Source: Lama glama
Taxonomy: Eukaryota
NCBI GenBank assembly: GCA_028534125.1
Contig: CM052817.1
Location: forward strand, 54,748,001 to 54,812,000
Length of the DNA stretch: 64,000 nt
Reading direction: 5' to 3'
Shown: in pieces, positions 1 through 11,630 of the stretch
Layout of the letters: every line of letters starts with the position of its first letter
Position numbering within the stretch: position 1 is the stretch's first letter
Made by a program: the position numbers and the translations under genes
Notes under the pieces: generated by a model
The model's input: only the letters and a program-made list of their open reading frames with translations
The model's database searches: none
Told to the model about the DNA's origin: nothing

Positions 1-144
1 TTTTATTAACCCTCTTTAAGTGTTTTTGTAATGTATTTTCAGAAATGTGTCTTCAGAAATGCAAATAATTGTTTTGAAGTGGTAGCAACATCTAACAACT
101 GCCCTTTGAAATACTGTCTTTACTCAGCAATCCTGATTTTTGGA

Positions 145-315
145 GCAGCCATTTAATTGAGCACTTCGATGCTACACACTGTCTACATATTACCTTGAAA
201 CTTGACAGTGGTCAGCAAGATTAAGTATTATTTCACAGTTTACAGATTGAGGAAATGGAAATCTAGGGGGCTGAAATAACTTTCTTAAGCTCATGTACAT
301 CACTGGTGGCTGAAT
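145..315 (-). mobile_element. MIR SINE fragment
   Basis: Antisense MIR core 'tttacagattgaggaaatgga' at ~239-259 with 'atttaattgagcact' tail. Confidence 0.65.
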
Positions 316-544
316 TTTTTCCTCTTATAACATCATTGTCAATGACTGAATTCCCCACAGCAAAAGATTATGTAGTAGTATATAAGTGCCCTTAGATTTG
401 GGTCATTTTAAGATAATTTTTATTCTGACGAAAGGATATAACGGAGAAAATAAATTTTAAAATTTTAGCACCTTAGAAATGCCGTAACATTTGTCTGTTG
501 AAAAGTGGTGTGATATGAGAGAACGTTCTGTCAGGGTTTGTGTC

Positions 545-700
545 TTGCTTAGCAAGTTAACATGTGTGCAATTGTAGGTAAATTGCTTTAACTCTTTGAA
601 TCTGAGTTCCTCATCAACAGAAGTTTGTTATAATAACTACTTGAGAGGTTGTGAAGTTTAAATTGCACATATTTGACACTGCATAAGGGCATAACGTGCT
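545..700 (+). mobile_element. MIR SINE fragment
   Basis: 'ggtaaattgctttaactctttgaatctgagttcctcatc' resembles the MIR core. Confidence 0.6.
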
Positions 701-1024
701 ATTCCTCAAAACTTGAGGATAAGGTTACATTCTGGAAATAAAATTAATCCACATGTAAATAAGATTTATCAGAGGAAATAAAAATGCCTATATAGTAATA
801 GCTCAATGGTGGCTGGAGCATGCTGGAAGATTCTAATTCCAATTAAGTTGTATAGACTTTTCAGTTTAAAATAAATTATTTTAAAAAGCCATTGTTTTAA
901 AAAAAATTTATATGAGGGAAAGCATCCACAGAATGATTTAACCATTGAAATAAGAAGAATTTAGCCTCACTGTTTTTCAGGGTAGTCTGTAAAAATGGAT
1001 TTGAATATTCTCAGCATTGAGGAG

Positions 1025-1030
<6 letters not shown>

Positions 1031-1056
<26 letters not shown>
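1031..1056. repeat. (AT)n microsatellite
   Basis: Perfect AT dinucleotide run. Confidence 0.95.
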
Positions 1057-1058
<2 letters not shown>

Positions 1059-1202
1059 GAGAAGTGGGGACAGGTAACCAGGCTTCACCATATTCCTAAA
1101 TAATTAAGTTTTTGAGGGTTATTTTTATTTTATTGCAAGTAAAGAGATGCATATTGAATAAGTTAATACTAGAAAGATAAATAACATATTGTGCAGGTAT
1201 AT

Positions 1203-3040
1203 TTTTTCTTAACAGCTATGTTGAATTTTAATTGACATACTAAAAACTGCCATATTTAAACTGTACAACTTGGTCAGTTTGACATATATTATACCCCGTG
1301 AAACCATCATTGCAAGCATAAGAATGTGAGCATGTCCGCCACCTCCCAAACTTTCCCTGTGCTCACTTGTACTTCCTTTCTTCTGCCCCACCGCCCTCCT
1401 CAAATACTCCTATTTTCTTTCACTATAAATTAGTTTGCATTTCATATAATTTTACATAAACTTAAAAGTTACATTTACAAAATGTATTCATTTTGTCTGG
1501 CTTTTAAAAATTTATTAAAATGACTTTTACATTATACATGTTGCATGTATAGGTACTTCATTATTTTGATAGTTGATTAATTTTCCATTGTGCAGATGTA
1601 ACAAAATGTTTCTATCCCTTTGCCTGTCGGTGGACATTTGTGTTGTCTTCACTTTTGATTATTACAAATAGAAAACAGAACCATTAGGAAGTTTTAGGTA
1701 CAAGTCTTTATATGCTTTTATTTTTCTTGTTTAAAGCCTAGGAAAATACCGAGTTAAAGGTAGATGTATATTTAACTTTTTCACATACTTCCAAAATGTT
1801 TTTTAAAGGGGTAGTAACATTTTACCTTCTAGCCAACAATGTAGGAGAGATCCAGGTGTCCACATTCTCACCAACATTTGGTTATGATCAATATTTTAAA
1901 TTTAAGGTATTCAAATAGATGTGTAGTGATATGTCATCATTGTTTTAATTTGCATTTCCCTAGTGTCTAGTGGTGCTGAGCATCTTTTCATAAGCTTCTT
2001 TGACATCCCTATGTTGTCTTTGCTGTTCAAGTCTTTTGCCCTCTTCTTAAGTTAGATTTTTTCTAGTTGTATTGGATTTTGGGAATTATTTATACGTTCT
2101 GGATAAAAGTCCTTTATCAAATATGTGTTAAGCAAATATTTTCTCCTAATAGTAGCTGTCTTTTCATTCTCTTAACATATTTCAAAGAGCAGAAGGTTTT
2201 AACTTTATGAGGTCCAATTTGTCAGTTTTTTTGTGAACTGTGCTTTTAATGTTATAAATAGCTTGGATATATGCCTACTATAAACTGATAAAGGTTACTA
2301 TGATTTTTCTAGAAATTTGATTTTTTTATTATGAAAATTTCAAACATATACAAAAGAAAACATGGTATGATTAACTACCTTGTATTCGTCACCCCTCTTC
2401 AATAGTTATCAACTCACGGCCAGTCTTGTTTCATCTGTATTCCTTCTACTTCCATATACTCCCAAGTTTAATATTTTTAAGGCATATTATTGATGTATAC
2501 ACAGAAGTCTACAAATCATAAGTGACCAGCTCAATAAATTTTCACAAAGTAAAAACATTTCATTGTATGTTTTATTGTATGTATGTATATATATTCAGAA
2601 TCTCAGTCAAAAATTTAAATATTACCAGCTCCCAGAAGAACTCTAATGTTCTCAAAGGAATCTCTGTCCTTACAATACCATGCATGAATTTTGCCTGTGG
2701 CTAAGCATTTATAATGGACTCGTACAATGTGTTCTATCTTATGTTTCAATTCTTTTGTTTACTATATGTTTACGAATTTATCCATGGTGTTTCATGTAAG
2801 TTGATTGCTATTTGATATTCTATGGTATGACTGTACCACAATGTATTTATCAGTTCTGACGGTGATTTGAGTTGTTTTCAGTTTTTGACTCTTCATGTAG
2901 TACTGCTCTAAATAATTCTTGTCTAGTTTGTTGTTGTTGTTGATTATATACATACATTTTTGTTAGATACATAAAGATGGAATTGTTGGATGTGACCAGT
3001 TTTAGTAGACAGTAATAGTTTTTATAAGTAGTTATACTAA
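1203..3040 (-). mobile_element. Old LINE-1 (L1M-type) 3' UTR/ORF2-end fragments, probably 2-3 nested pieces
   Basis: Antisense L1 motifs 'gtgaaaccatca', 'ggtggacatttg', 'ttgttttaatttgcatttccctag', 'gagcatcttttcat', 'ggataaaagtcctttatcaaatatg'; second piece from ~2320 'attatgaaaatttcaaacatatacaaaag'. Confidence 0.8.
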
Positions 3041-4699
3041 TAATGTATGAAAGGATATTGTATACATATATACCATATAACATTCTGGGTAATGATTTTT
3101 AAGTCCCTAATTGCCTTGTTACAGTATTCCTGCACCTGTATGTAGCCTGTGGAAAAAAGTATTATTGTATTCTATTATTCCCTTAGCTGCCATTTGCACT
3201 TGTTTTTCAGGAGTAATTTCTGTGAACTTGTTTAATTCTTTGGTGCAATAATTGAATTTCTGGAACTGCAAAGTTGAAGACTGGATTCTCAAATGAGGAA
3301 ATCAACCAAAGTCTTTCTACTTTCTGATATTTTAGCAAAATGTTTTTCAGTCTCCCTAGATATTATGTTTGGTTTATTTCATTATGACTGTAAGTTTTTA
3401 AAACAAAACAAAACAAAATCCTATCTAAAGCCTGGTACAGAGATGTACATAAATGTGATTCCCGTCCCTTCGATTACAGTAATCCTTTTACAGTTTCCCT
3501 TAGCCTTTTCATATTGTTAACATCTAGCCTTTTACAAAGAGTGCCTCCCTGGCTACAGCTTTAGTACCATTTAGATAAAAAGTAGAAATCCATGGCCATG
3601 TAAGCCTTCAAGTTTCAATGATGAATCAATACCACATCTCTATGAAACAAGTATATCTTAACAGTGGTTTCACAAAGGACCTGACCAACCCCAGCTATAT
3701 GTATGTTTAGGACCAATCCAAATAGCAGTATAGATCTGAGTAAAATGTTCTCATGTCAAGAAATGCTGTTGAATGCTTTGAAATAAGCTCATAATGATGA
3801 TAAATAAAATAATCATTTTGAAAATTGGAATACCTCACCTTTGTTCTTGCAAGTAAACCAGTCACTGATTCATGCTTTTCAGTATACTGAACAAAATTAT
3901 ACAAATTGTGCACCTAGAGGTATCTTATGCTTAATTAGTTATTATTTTAAAATCATAATTTTTTGTGTGTTCATGCCTATATAGATTTGATATGTATTCC
4001 AGTGACCTGACAGAAGGCCAGAGGACACAGTGAACATAGTAGTATAATGTCGTGTGGTGTTGTGTACAACTTTGATAATTATTGCCACTTGTGAATACAT
4101 ATTTTCACACTGAGTAATGAAAAGCTAAATTGATTACAGGTTATAAACCAGTTAGGTGGCCCTGAAGTGATTGAGGAACACAAGATTAAAGTTGAAACAA
4201 ATATGAAGCCTGATTTGCCATAGATTATGTAACCAAATGATATTATTATCAGGAAAGTAAAACCACTTACCCTCTTTCTCAAGTCACTTACTAATTCATG
4301 TGTAATCCTCTACTCAAATCTATGGCAAAGCAAAGGGCAAGTGATGGAACTTGATCCTTTGATATTTATTGATCCCAAGTAAGTGCTAATTATTACTGGA
4401 GGCACTCTTAGAGGAGAAAAAAAGTACTCTTAGAGTTTATACTTTAGTTGATCATATGTAATATATATTTAATACAGGAAAAGAATTGGAAAATGTGTAA
4501 AACAATGTAGCATTTCTGAACTGTTGAGTCTGACATTAATTTTATTGAGTTTTTAATGAGATAGATGGACTATTGTGTTCTATTTAGAATTTAAACCATT
4601 TTTTAGACTCTTCTGATTTAATCTGTACCGTAAGGACTATCCATTTCCCATTTTTGTATGTTGTTAGGGCTGTTCAGTAGTTTATTTAGGTAGTACCTG

Positions 4700-4870
4700 T
4701 AGAATCATTATCCTGCCTATGCAGCAAAATCATCTGTGTACCTATAAAATACAGATTCCTTAGTTCTAAAAGCTGGATCTTTAGATTAAGAAGGTTTAGG
4801 ATAGTGGTTCAAGCATTTGCATTTTGAAAAAGAGCTCCATAGAGAATTCTGATTTCAAGGGCTAGTTTAC
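4700..4870. mobile_element. MER5-like hAT-Charlie DNA transposon remnant
   Basis: 'aaaatacagattcct', 'atttgcattttgaaaaagagctcc...aattctgat' resemble MER5A/B. Confidence 0.5.
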
Positions 4871-4884
4871 CATTTAGTTGTCTC

Positions 4885-4909
4885 GTGTGTGTGTGTGTGT
4901 GTGTGTGTG
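4885..4909. repeat. (GT)n microsatellite
   Basis: Perfect GT run. Confidence 0.95.
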
Positions 4910-4914
4910 AATAA

Positions 4915-5305
4915 ATTCTAGCAGCTACACACCAGAATCATTGTTTTCATCTCCCAGACATTGCATTGCTCAGCATCCTTTACAGTTAGGTGTGGTCATG
5001 AGGCTAGTTCTGGCCAATATGGTAACAGCAAAAATGATCTGCAATTTCATCAAAAAAGATCTTTCTATTAAGGCTTTTCCATGGTCTTCCCTTTCTGTCA
5101 GTTGGATGTGTTTTCTATGACCAACTTTTATTACCATGATTTGAAGATTCCAGACTCATCTTCCTAAATCAATGTGTGGAGCAGATCCTCCCTGCTGACA
5201 TGGAAATTCCTTGTGAGCAAGAAGCACACTTCTGTTGTGTTTAAGGCACTATTTAAATTTAGGACTATTTGTTATAATTATAATTAACAAGTTCTAACTA
5301 TTATA
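4915..5305 (+). mobile_element. MLT1-type MaLR solo LTR
   Basis: 'agttaggtgtggtcatgaggctagttctggccaat' and 3' end 'acttctgttgtgtttaaggcact...ttttgttata'. Confidence 0.65.
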
Positions 5306-5349
5306 GTACCAAACAATCTGCTAGTTACTAAAATACGTGTGAGAAGTTA

Positions 5350-6570
5350 TTGTTTCTGTCCTCTAAGAAGACCAAAGTTTAAGAGTGTACTAAATAGAAG
5401 TATAAAAATGATAAAATGTGAAAAGCCTTTTTATAGGATGAAAAATGCAGGTAAGCCAGCAACTTTTCTCAGGGAGTGAGGGTAAGTCATTAAGAGAGAC
5501 AGGGAGCTATGTAGAGAGGAGGTATATCTGGAATGGGGACTACAGAATTAATAGGACTTTGCCAAGTAGACAGGGGACTTCAGATAAAGTGTTCAGGCAC
5601 AGACTTAAAGGACATGGTATAAGTGAACAGGACTGAGATGTAGCAATGTCCAATGCTGGGAGAAGATCAGATTGTGACCTTGATATCATGACATGAAGTT
5701 TGGAATTTATTCTAAAGGCAATCAGTAGACACCAGTTTTGAAAGAAGTAACACTGTTAGCTCTGTTTTGAGAAATACCACACTCATGAAAGTAGAGAGAC
5801 TATAGACAGAGAGCATGACTAGGAAGTTTTTAAAAAAGTGAGTAAGTGATGAAATCATGGCATTAACAAAAGGACAGAGAAGAGAAGACGTCAGTCAGAA
5901 ATCTTTATAAGCAGAAGGGGAAGTATTTAGTAAGGTATTGAATATGTGGACAGTGATGAAATTGGTAGAGCTACTTCAGGATCTCAGCTTGGGCAACTGT
6001 GTGGATATTGATGGTCTTCACTGAGAAAGGAAGTTTACAATCAGAGCAATTTATTTTGGATTTGTTGAGTTGGAGATGTCTGTGAGTCATTTGGCTAAGA
6101 ATTTGTAGATGGTTTAAATATAGATATGTGTTTTGTGAAATGAGATCCTTAAGAATAGCTAGGATAGTTGAATACGCAGAAGTAGATGAGATTCCCGGTG
6201 AGAAAATGTGTAATGAGGGATTGAAGATGCTATAGGAATGAATACAAATATTTACAGGCATGGCAAGGAAAATAAATCAGTGGAAGTGGTAAGTATCAAC
6301 ACATCAGGAATCAAAGAATTAAAAGGAGATTTAAAAAGGGCAGAACTTGGTTTCATGAACATCTAGGAAAGGAAAGTTCATAAGGGGAAAGATGATAAAA
6401 ATGCCAAAAGTAGCAGATATTTCAAGTAATATGAGAGTAGAAAGAGATCAGTGGTGACCATTGCCAGATTAATTTTAATATATGGGAAGTGAAGTGGAAA
6501 GAGTGGAAAGTAGAGGTGAGAATATACAGTCAACAAAAGTCTTTTAGGACCTTTGAGGACATGAAAGTCT
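5350..6570 (-). mobile_element. L2 LINE fragments
   Basis: Purine-rich antisense L2 motifs 'agtttggaatttattctaaaggcaat', 'ttttggatttgttgagttggagatgtctgtgag'. Confidence 0.7.
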
Positions 6571-7207
6571 CCAGGGAGGAAATTCTCAGGATGAACACAA
6601 CTTGAGCTTACTTTTTAAGCTGCATTTTCATAATTCCTGAAAACTATCAATCTTCCAATGTCCTATGTATCCCCAGTATGTTGACTCTAGTCTATAGTAT
6701 CAATTTCTCACGGAATCTATTTTGTCATATAACTCTCAGGGATAGCTGTTCCAGTTATTTTACTTAAATCTCTCCCTCTGCACTTATGCTCCAATTCTTT
6801 CTCTTATATCAGAGGACAGTTGGCTCTTACCCCTAAACATTTACCATGTCTGGGAACACTGTGGATGTCTACCAATTTAAATAAACTTTCAGAGCTAAGA
6901 AAATGCTAATGGGAAAGAGTTTAAACCTAGTGGTCTATTATAAAGTTTTAATTTAAAAACAGAAACCAAGGGTTTAAAACAACTAGAAACAATGAGGAAA
7001 GAAGGTAACTAAAAATTCAGGCTTAATGGAATAAAAATTCTTAAAAGAACAAAGGTTTATTATTTTATATCAAGATTGTTGGGAATAATTAGTATATTGA
7101 GAGCCAAACTAATAAACACTTCTCTCCCTTAAACAAATTTACCTCTGTGGTTAAGTGATTAGATTGGCAAGTAAAATTACATGAACTTGAAAACTCTAGG
7201 AGTTTTA

Positions 7208-7324
7208 CATATACACACTCATTGTCACATTTTTTTCTCTGTGATTTATCATAACATTTTGTGTATATTTCCCTGTGCTATACAGTGTAATCTTGTTTAT
7301 CTATTCTACAATTTTGAAATCTCA
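7208..7324 (-). mobile_element. Short L1 3' UTR fragment (artiodactyl/camelid type) between gagtttta direct repeats
   Basis: 'atatttccctgtgctatacagtgtaatcttgtttatctattct' is homologous to the L1 3' UTRs at ~9920, ~19215 and ~61950 in this window. Confidence 0.75.
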
Positions 7325-7899
7325 GAGTTTTATATGAAGAAGAATCCATATACAAGATATCCCTGGAAGCTACCTTTTGCCTTTGGTTTATATTTTGATG
7401 TATAGGAGTGGGCAGAAAAGGAAATAGTACTCATGAAATTGTTACTTTTATTTTCTTTATCATCAAATCACCATTTTATATATTTATTGATCAGTTAGGC
7501 CACAGAAATAAAAATGAAAAACCTGTTTTGTCTCCAAGAAAATCATACAGTAATGGTGAAGGCAAACAGTTTTTAAAAAAGGAATAGATGGAACATAACT
7601 GTGACACATGGCGTATGAAGGAAAGGATAGTGATAAATTAGTTCTGGAATACATGGTTCTGCCCCAGTAGAGTCCATTGTATTCTCAGTGAACAACTGCA
7701 AAGGAAAATAGTAGGTTCTGTAGTGGTTATATTAGCATCTGAAAGAAAGTTGAGGAGGAGAATAGCACTGAGATACAAACGTGAGCGAGATGCTGGCCAA
7801 TTTTCTTTCTAAGCAAGAGAGTCTAAAAGTCTTAGGTATGACATTTGTGTGCCTTCCCTAGCTCTTGAGCTGTTTCTAAGCATCTGAAGCTATAAGAAC

Positions 7900-8215
7900 A
7901 GTAAAGAGAGAGTAAACAGCAATTCCTGGGAAATGAGTAAGCAACTAAGAGACCTCAGCAAGAATTTAGGTGAGAAACAATAAAAGCAGGGGCTAGTGAT
8001 GGAAGTTTAGATAAAGAAAATGAAGACTTGAAATTTAAAAAAACACACACACACATAACAATAGCAGTTGGTCACAGATAAAATTAATTTGTTAAGGAAG
8101 AGGGAGATGTCCAGGAAATCCCAAATTCCTCTCTTGGGTAATGTCAGTAGCAAAGGAAGAGGTGAGTTTGGAGGAGACACACTGAGTTGGAAATGCCTGT
8201 GGGAAACCAGAATGC
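7900..8215 (-). mobile_element. L2 LINE fragment
   Basis: 'gagttggaaatgcctgtggga', 'gagggagatgtccaggaa' antisense L2 motifs. Confidence 0.5.
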
Positions 8216-8219
8216 CAAC

Positions 8220-8576
8220 TGTCAATGTCCATTTGGACTTCTATAACACAAATGCTATTGACTGTGTGGCTTAAACAGCAATTTATTTCTCACAGTTTTG
8301 TAGTTGTGGAAGTCTAAGATCAAGGCACTGGCAGACTCCGTGTCTGGTGAAGGCTCACTTCCTGGCTCAGAGCTTGTTTCTCCCTATAATCTCACATAGT
8401 GGAAGGGATATTGAGTGTTCATATAAGGTCTCATATAAGCTACTCTCCCATTTGTGAGGGCTCCACCCTCATGACCTAATCCCATCCCAAAGGCCGCACT
8501 TCCTGATAGCATCACACTGGGGGTTAATTCCATCATATGAATTTAGAGGGGAACATAAACATTCAGTCTTACAGCA
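8220..8576 (-). mobile_element. MLT1A0-like MaLR solo LTR
   Basis: 'atttatttctcacagtt', 'aagtctaagatcaaggcactggcaga', 'gagggctccaccctcatgacctaat', ends 'acattcagtcttacagca'; reverse-complement homologue of the 34691-35045 LTR. Confidence 0.9.
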
Positions 8577-9004
8577 TAACCTAAGATAGGTAGGAGGCAC
8601 TAATATGTGACTTACACAGTTGCTGATGGAGCTTATTCCATCTGTCAACAGTTAACTACCTAAACCTTAATCTATGAATATAAACAAAGAAAGATTTTTC
8701 TTAAAAAAAAGGAGACCTATCTGAACAAGTCTTCCATTAAGACAAAAGAGGAAAAGCTTAAAATATAATTGTAGTATTTATTCTCAATATTTGACTGATA
8801 CACTGAATATCAGGAGAATAACTCCAGGATCAATGGTGAATTGTTTTAAAAATATAAACATAAAACATAGTTTGTGAATTGGAAAGTGATGTCAATAGGG
8901 AGTAATGAAATAAATAATCCTGAAGAGTAAAGAAATTAAACAGAGGAAGAAATAGAATTCTATTTGAGGAAAAGATAAAAAGAAAATTTAAAAGAAAAAG
9001 AATA

Positions 9005-9094
9005 CAGGTCTTTTGCTTCCTTAGGTAGGTTTATTACTACTATGTATTTTATTCTTTTCTGATGAGATGGTAAATGGAATTGTTTCCTTAATTT
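9005..9094 (-). mobile_element. L1 ORF2 fragment (left part of an interrupted host L1 that resumes at 10390)
   Basis: '...ggtaaatggaattgtttccttaattt' joins collinearly with 'cttttttctgatattttgttgttagtgtata' at 10397. Confidence 0.8.
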
Positions 9095-9095
9095 G

Positions 9096-9759
9096 TTTTT
9101 TTCCCTCATTTCAAGTTTATTCAAACTTAGCAGGATAAATTATTTAGGTTGCAGATTATAAAAAGATCAACTCAGTCAAGTCCACATTAAAAAAAAAAAG
9201 ACAAAAACCAAAAACAATGAAAAGAGGAAAATAACATAAAGGAGATTCATCAGCAAGTCTCTGAACTTAAAAATTGAGAGAGAGTGGAAATTAGTTTACA
9301 CAACTCACTCATCAACTTTCGTCTTCATTTGTCCCAGGGGTTGATTCATGATCAAATTTTTATCTTTATCATGTACATGGTCATTTTCTTGACCATTTGA
9401 CTTTTGATTCTCCTTTTCCACTGAGGTTCTGGTCTTTTCATGCTCCTTATTTTTCAATGGGGAGAATTTTAATTTGTTTATGTGACTACTTTGTTATATT
9501 TTTGAGAATGGACTTTGATCTCTATCACTCCTTTTCCCCCTGTTATTATTTGAGCTTTTGAGAGTACATTCTTTTCTCTTTCAGAATTTTTGTTCCTTGT
9601 AAACTCCCAATTTCTTGGTCTCTTTATTTTTGTGTTTGTTTGTTTGTTTGTTTGTTTCTGCTTTGACTGTCTTCTCTCTGTGAATCTCTCCTGTTTCTCT
9701 TATCTTTGCTTCTTGGTGTCGCTCTTCTTGCCCTGTTCCATGACCTTCTCCTGTACTTC
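9096..9759 (-). pseudogene. PPIG: 5'-truncated retrocopy (processed pseudogene) of peptidyl-prolyl isomerase G: C-terminal coding region, 3' UTR and poly(A)
   Basis: Minus-strand translation SSNNNRGKRSDRDQSPFSKI*QSSHINKLKFSPLKNKEHEKTRTSVEKENQKSNGQENDHVHDKD/KFDHESTPGTNEDES* matches the recalled PPIG C-terminus (...DRDQSPFSKIKQSS...SVEKENQKSKGQENDHVHEKNKKFDHESSPGTDEDKSG*). Premature TAA at 9494-9496, 1-nt frameshift in the A-run at 9357-9361, GGA>TGA at 9312-9314 next to the native TGA at 9309-9311, AATAAA at 9116-9121, A-tail at 9096-9102. Confidence 0.88.
9634..9657. repeat. (GTTT)n microsatellite inside the PPIG retrocopy
   Basis: Six GTTT units. Confidence 0.9.
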
Positions 9760-9842
9760 TTTTTTTAAAATGAAGTACAGTTGATTTACAATGTTGTGTT
9801 AGTTTCTGGTGTGCAGCATAGTGATTCAGTTACATGTATATA

Positions 9843-9873
<31 letters not shown>

Positions 9874-10242
9874 TCTTTTCATATTCTTTTTCATTATAGG
9901 TTATTATAAGCTATAGCTTACAGTTTCCTGTGCTATACAGTAGGAACTTGTTGTCTATCTATTTTATATAGTAGTTTGTATCTGCTAATTCCAAACTCCT
10001 AATTTATCCATCACCCTGCCCCTTTCCCATTTGGGAGAAAGTTTTCTATGTCTGGGAATCTTTCTGTTTTGTAAATAACTTAATGTGTATTATTATTTTT
10101 TAAGATTCCACATTTAAGTGATATCATGTGATATTTGTCTTTCTCTGTCTGACTTTATTCACTTAATATGATAATCTCTAGGTTCATCCATGTTGCTGCA
10201 AATGGCATTATTTCATTCTTTTTTACAGCAGAGTAATATTTC

Positions 10243-10301
<59 letters not shown>

Positions 10302-10389
10302 TTATACATACACACCACATCTTCTTTATCCAATCATCTGTCAGTGGACATTTAGATTGCTTCCATGTCTTGGCTATTGTAAATAGTGT
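9760..10389 (-). mobile_element. 5'-truncated L1 3' end (artiodactyl lineage) with internal (TA)n and (CA)n
   Basis: 'gaagtacagttgatttacaatgttgtgttagtttctggtgtgcagcatagtgattcag', 'ccatgttgctgcaaatggcatta', 'ttccatgtcttggctattgtaaatagtg'; (TA)n ~9846-9868, (CA)n ~10246-10300. Confidence 0.92.
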
Positions 10390-11254
10390 TTAATTTCTTT
10401 TTTCTGATATTTTGTTGTTAGTGTATATAATACAATGGATTTCTGTATATTAATTTTGTATCCTGCAGCTTTACTGAATTCATTGATGAGCTCTAGTAGT
10501 TTTCTGGTGGCATCTTTAGGATTTTCTATGTATAGTATCTGTCATCTGCAAACAGTGACAGTTTTACTTCTTTTCCAATTTGGATTCCTTTTATTTCTTT
10601 TGAGCATCTTTGTCTTGTTTCTGATCTTAGAGGAAATGCTTTCAGCTTTTCACTGTTCAGTAAGATGTTAGCTGTGGGTTTGTCATTTACGGCCTTTACT
10701 CTGTTGAGGTATATTCCTTCTATGCCCACTTTCTGGAGAGATTTTTATCATAAATGGATATTGAATTTTATCAAAAGCTTTTTCTGCATCTATTGAGATG
10801 ATTATATGGCTTTTATTCCCCAGTGTGTTAATGTGGCTTATCACACTGATTGATTTGTGGGTATTGATAAATCCTTGCATCTCTGGGATAAATCCCACTT
10901 CATCACGATATGTGATCCTTTTCATGTATAATTGGAGTTCGTTTGCTAGTATTTTATTGAGAATTTTTGCATCTATGTTCATAAGTGATATTGGCCTATA
11001 ATTTTTTGTGTATGCATGATATCTTTGTCTGGTTTTGGTATCAGTGTTGGTGGCCTCATAGTATGAGTTGGGAAGTGTTCTTTCCTCTGCAATATTTTGA
11101 AGTAGTTTCAGAAGAATAGGTGTTAACTCTTCTCTGAATGTCTGGTATAATTTCCCTGTGAAGCCACTTGGTCCTAGACTTTTGTTTGTTGAGAGTTTTA
11201 AAGTCACTGCTTCAATTTCTGTACTAGTAACTGGCCTGTTAATATTTTCTATTT
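10390..11254 (-). mobile_element. L1 ORF2 reverse-transcriptase region, decayed
   Basis: ORFs 10683-11207 (NYRPISLMNIDAKILNKILAN...IISIDAEKAFDKIQ) and 10526-10729 ([20 protein letters not shown]...[11 protein letters not shown]) are L1 RT motifs split by frameshifts and a deletion. Confidence 0.95.
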
Positions 11255-11378
11255 TGCATTTCCATACACTAACAATGAAATACCAGAAAAATTTATTAAG
11301 GAAACAATCCCACTTTCTACTGCATCAAAAACAATAAAATACTGAGGAATAAACCTATCTAAGGAGGCAAAAGCTATA
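11255..11378 (+). mobile_element. L1 ORF2 fragment, inverted relative to the adjacent L1
   Basis: 'catacactaacaatgaa...aaggaaacaatccca...aataaaatactgaggaataaacctatctaaggaggcaaaag' is sense L1 ORF2. Confidence 0.85.
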
Positions 11379-11630
11379 CAAGACATCTGCTAATGACATG
11401 TCCTTATTTTTCAGATAAAAGAGGTCTTTTAGGTACACCAAGACGAAAGTCCATACAAACAAACAAGAAAAAATATAAAAGAAAACTGAGATCCAGACTC
11501 GCTTCAGATATCTGATATAGTAATAAATGTTTGGATGATGTGGAGCAATAATTATTGACTTTTGAGTTTACTTTTTTCTATATTCAGAAAAACTCTCTTC
11601 CATTTGTGAAGTTGATTTTAAAAGACGAAA

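Noticed and set aside
9590..9784. 64-aa Phe/Cys/Leu-rich ORF
   Set aside because: Antisense reading of the PPIG retrocopy and its GTTT repeat.
10526..11207. Reverse-transcriptase ORFs as a retron, group II intron or novel RT system
   Set aside because: Motifs are standard mammalian L1 ORF2, frameshifted and partly deleted, in a eukaryotic repeat context.
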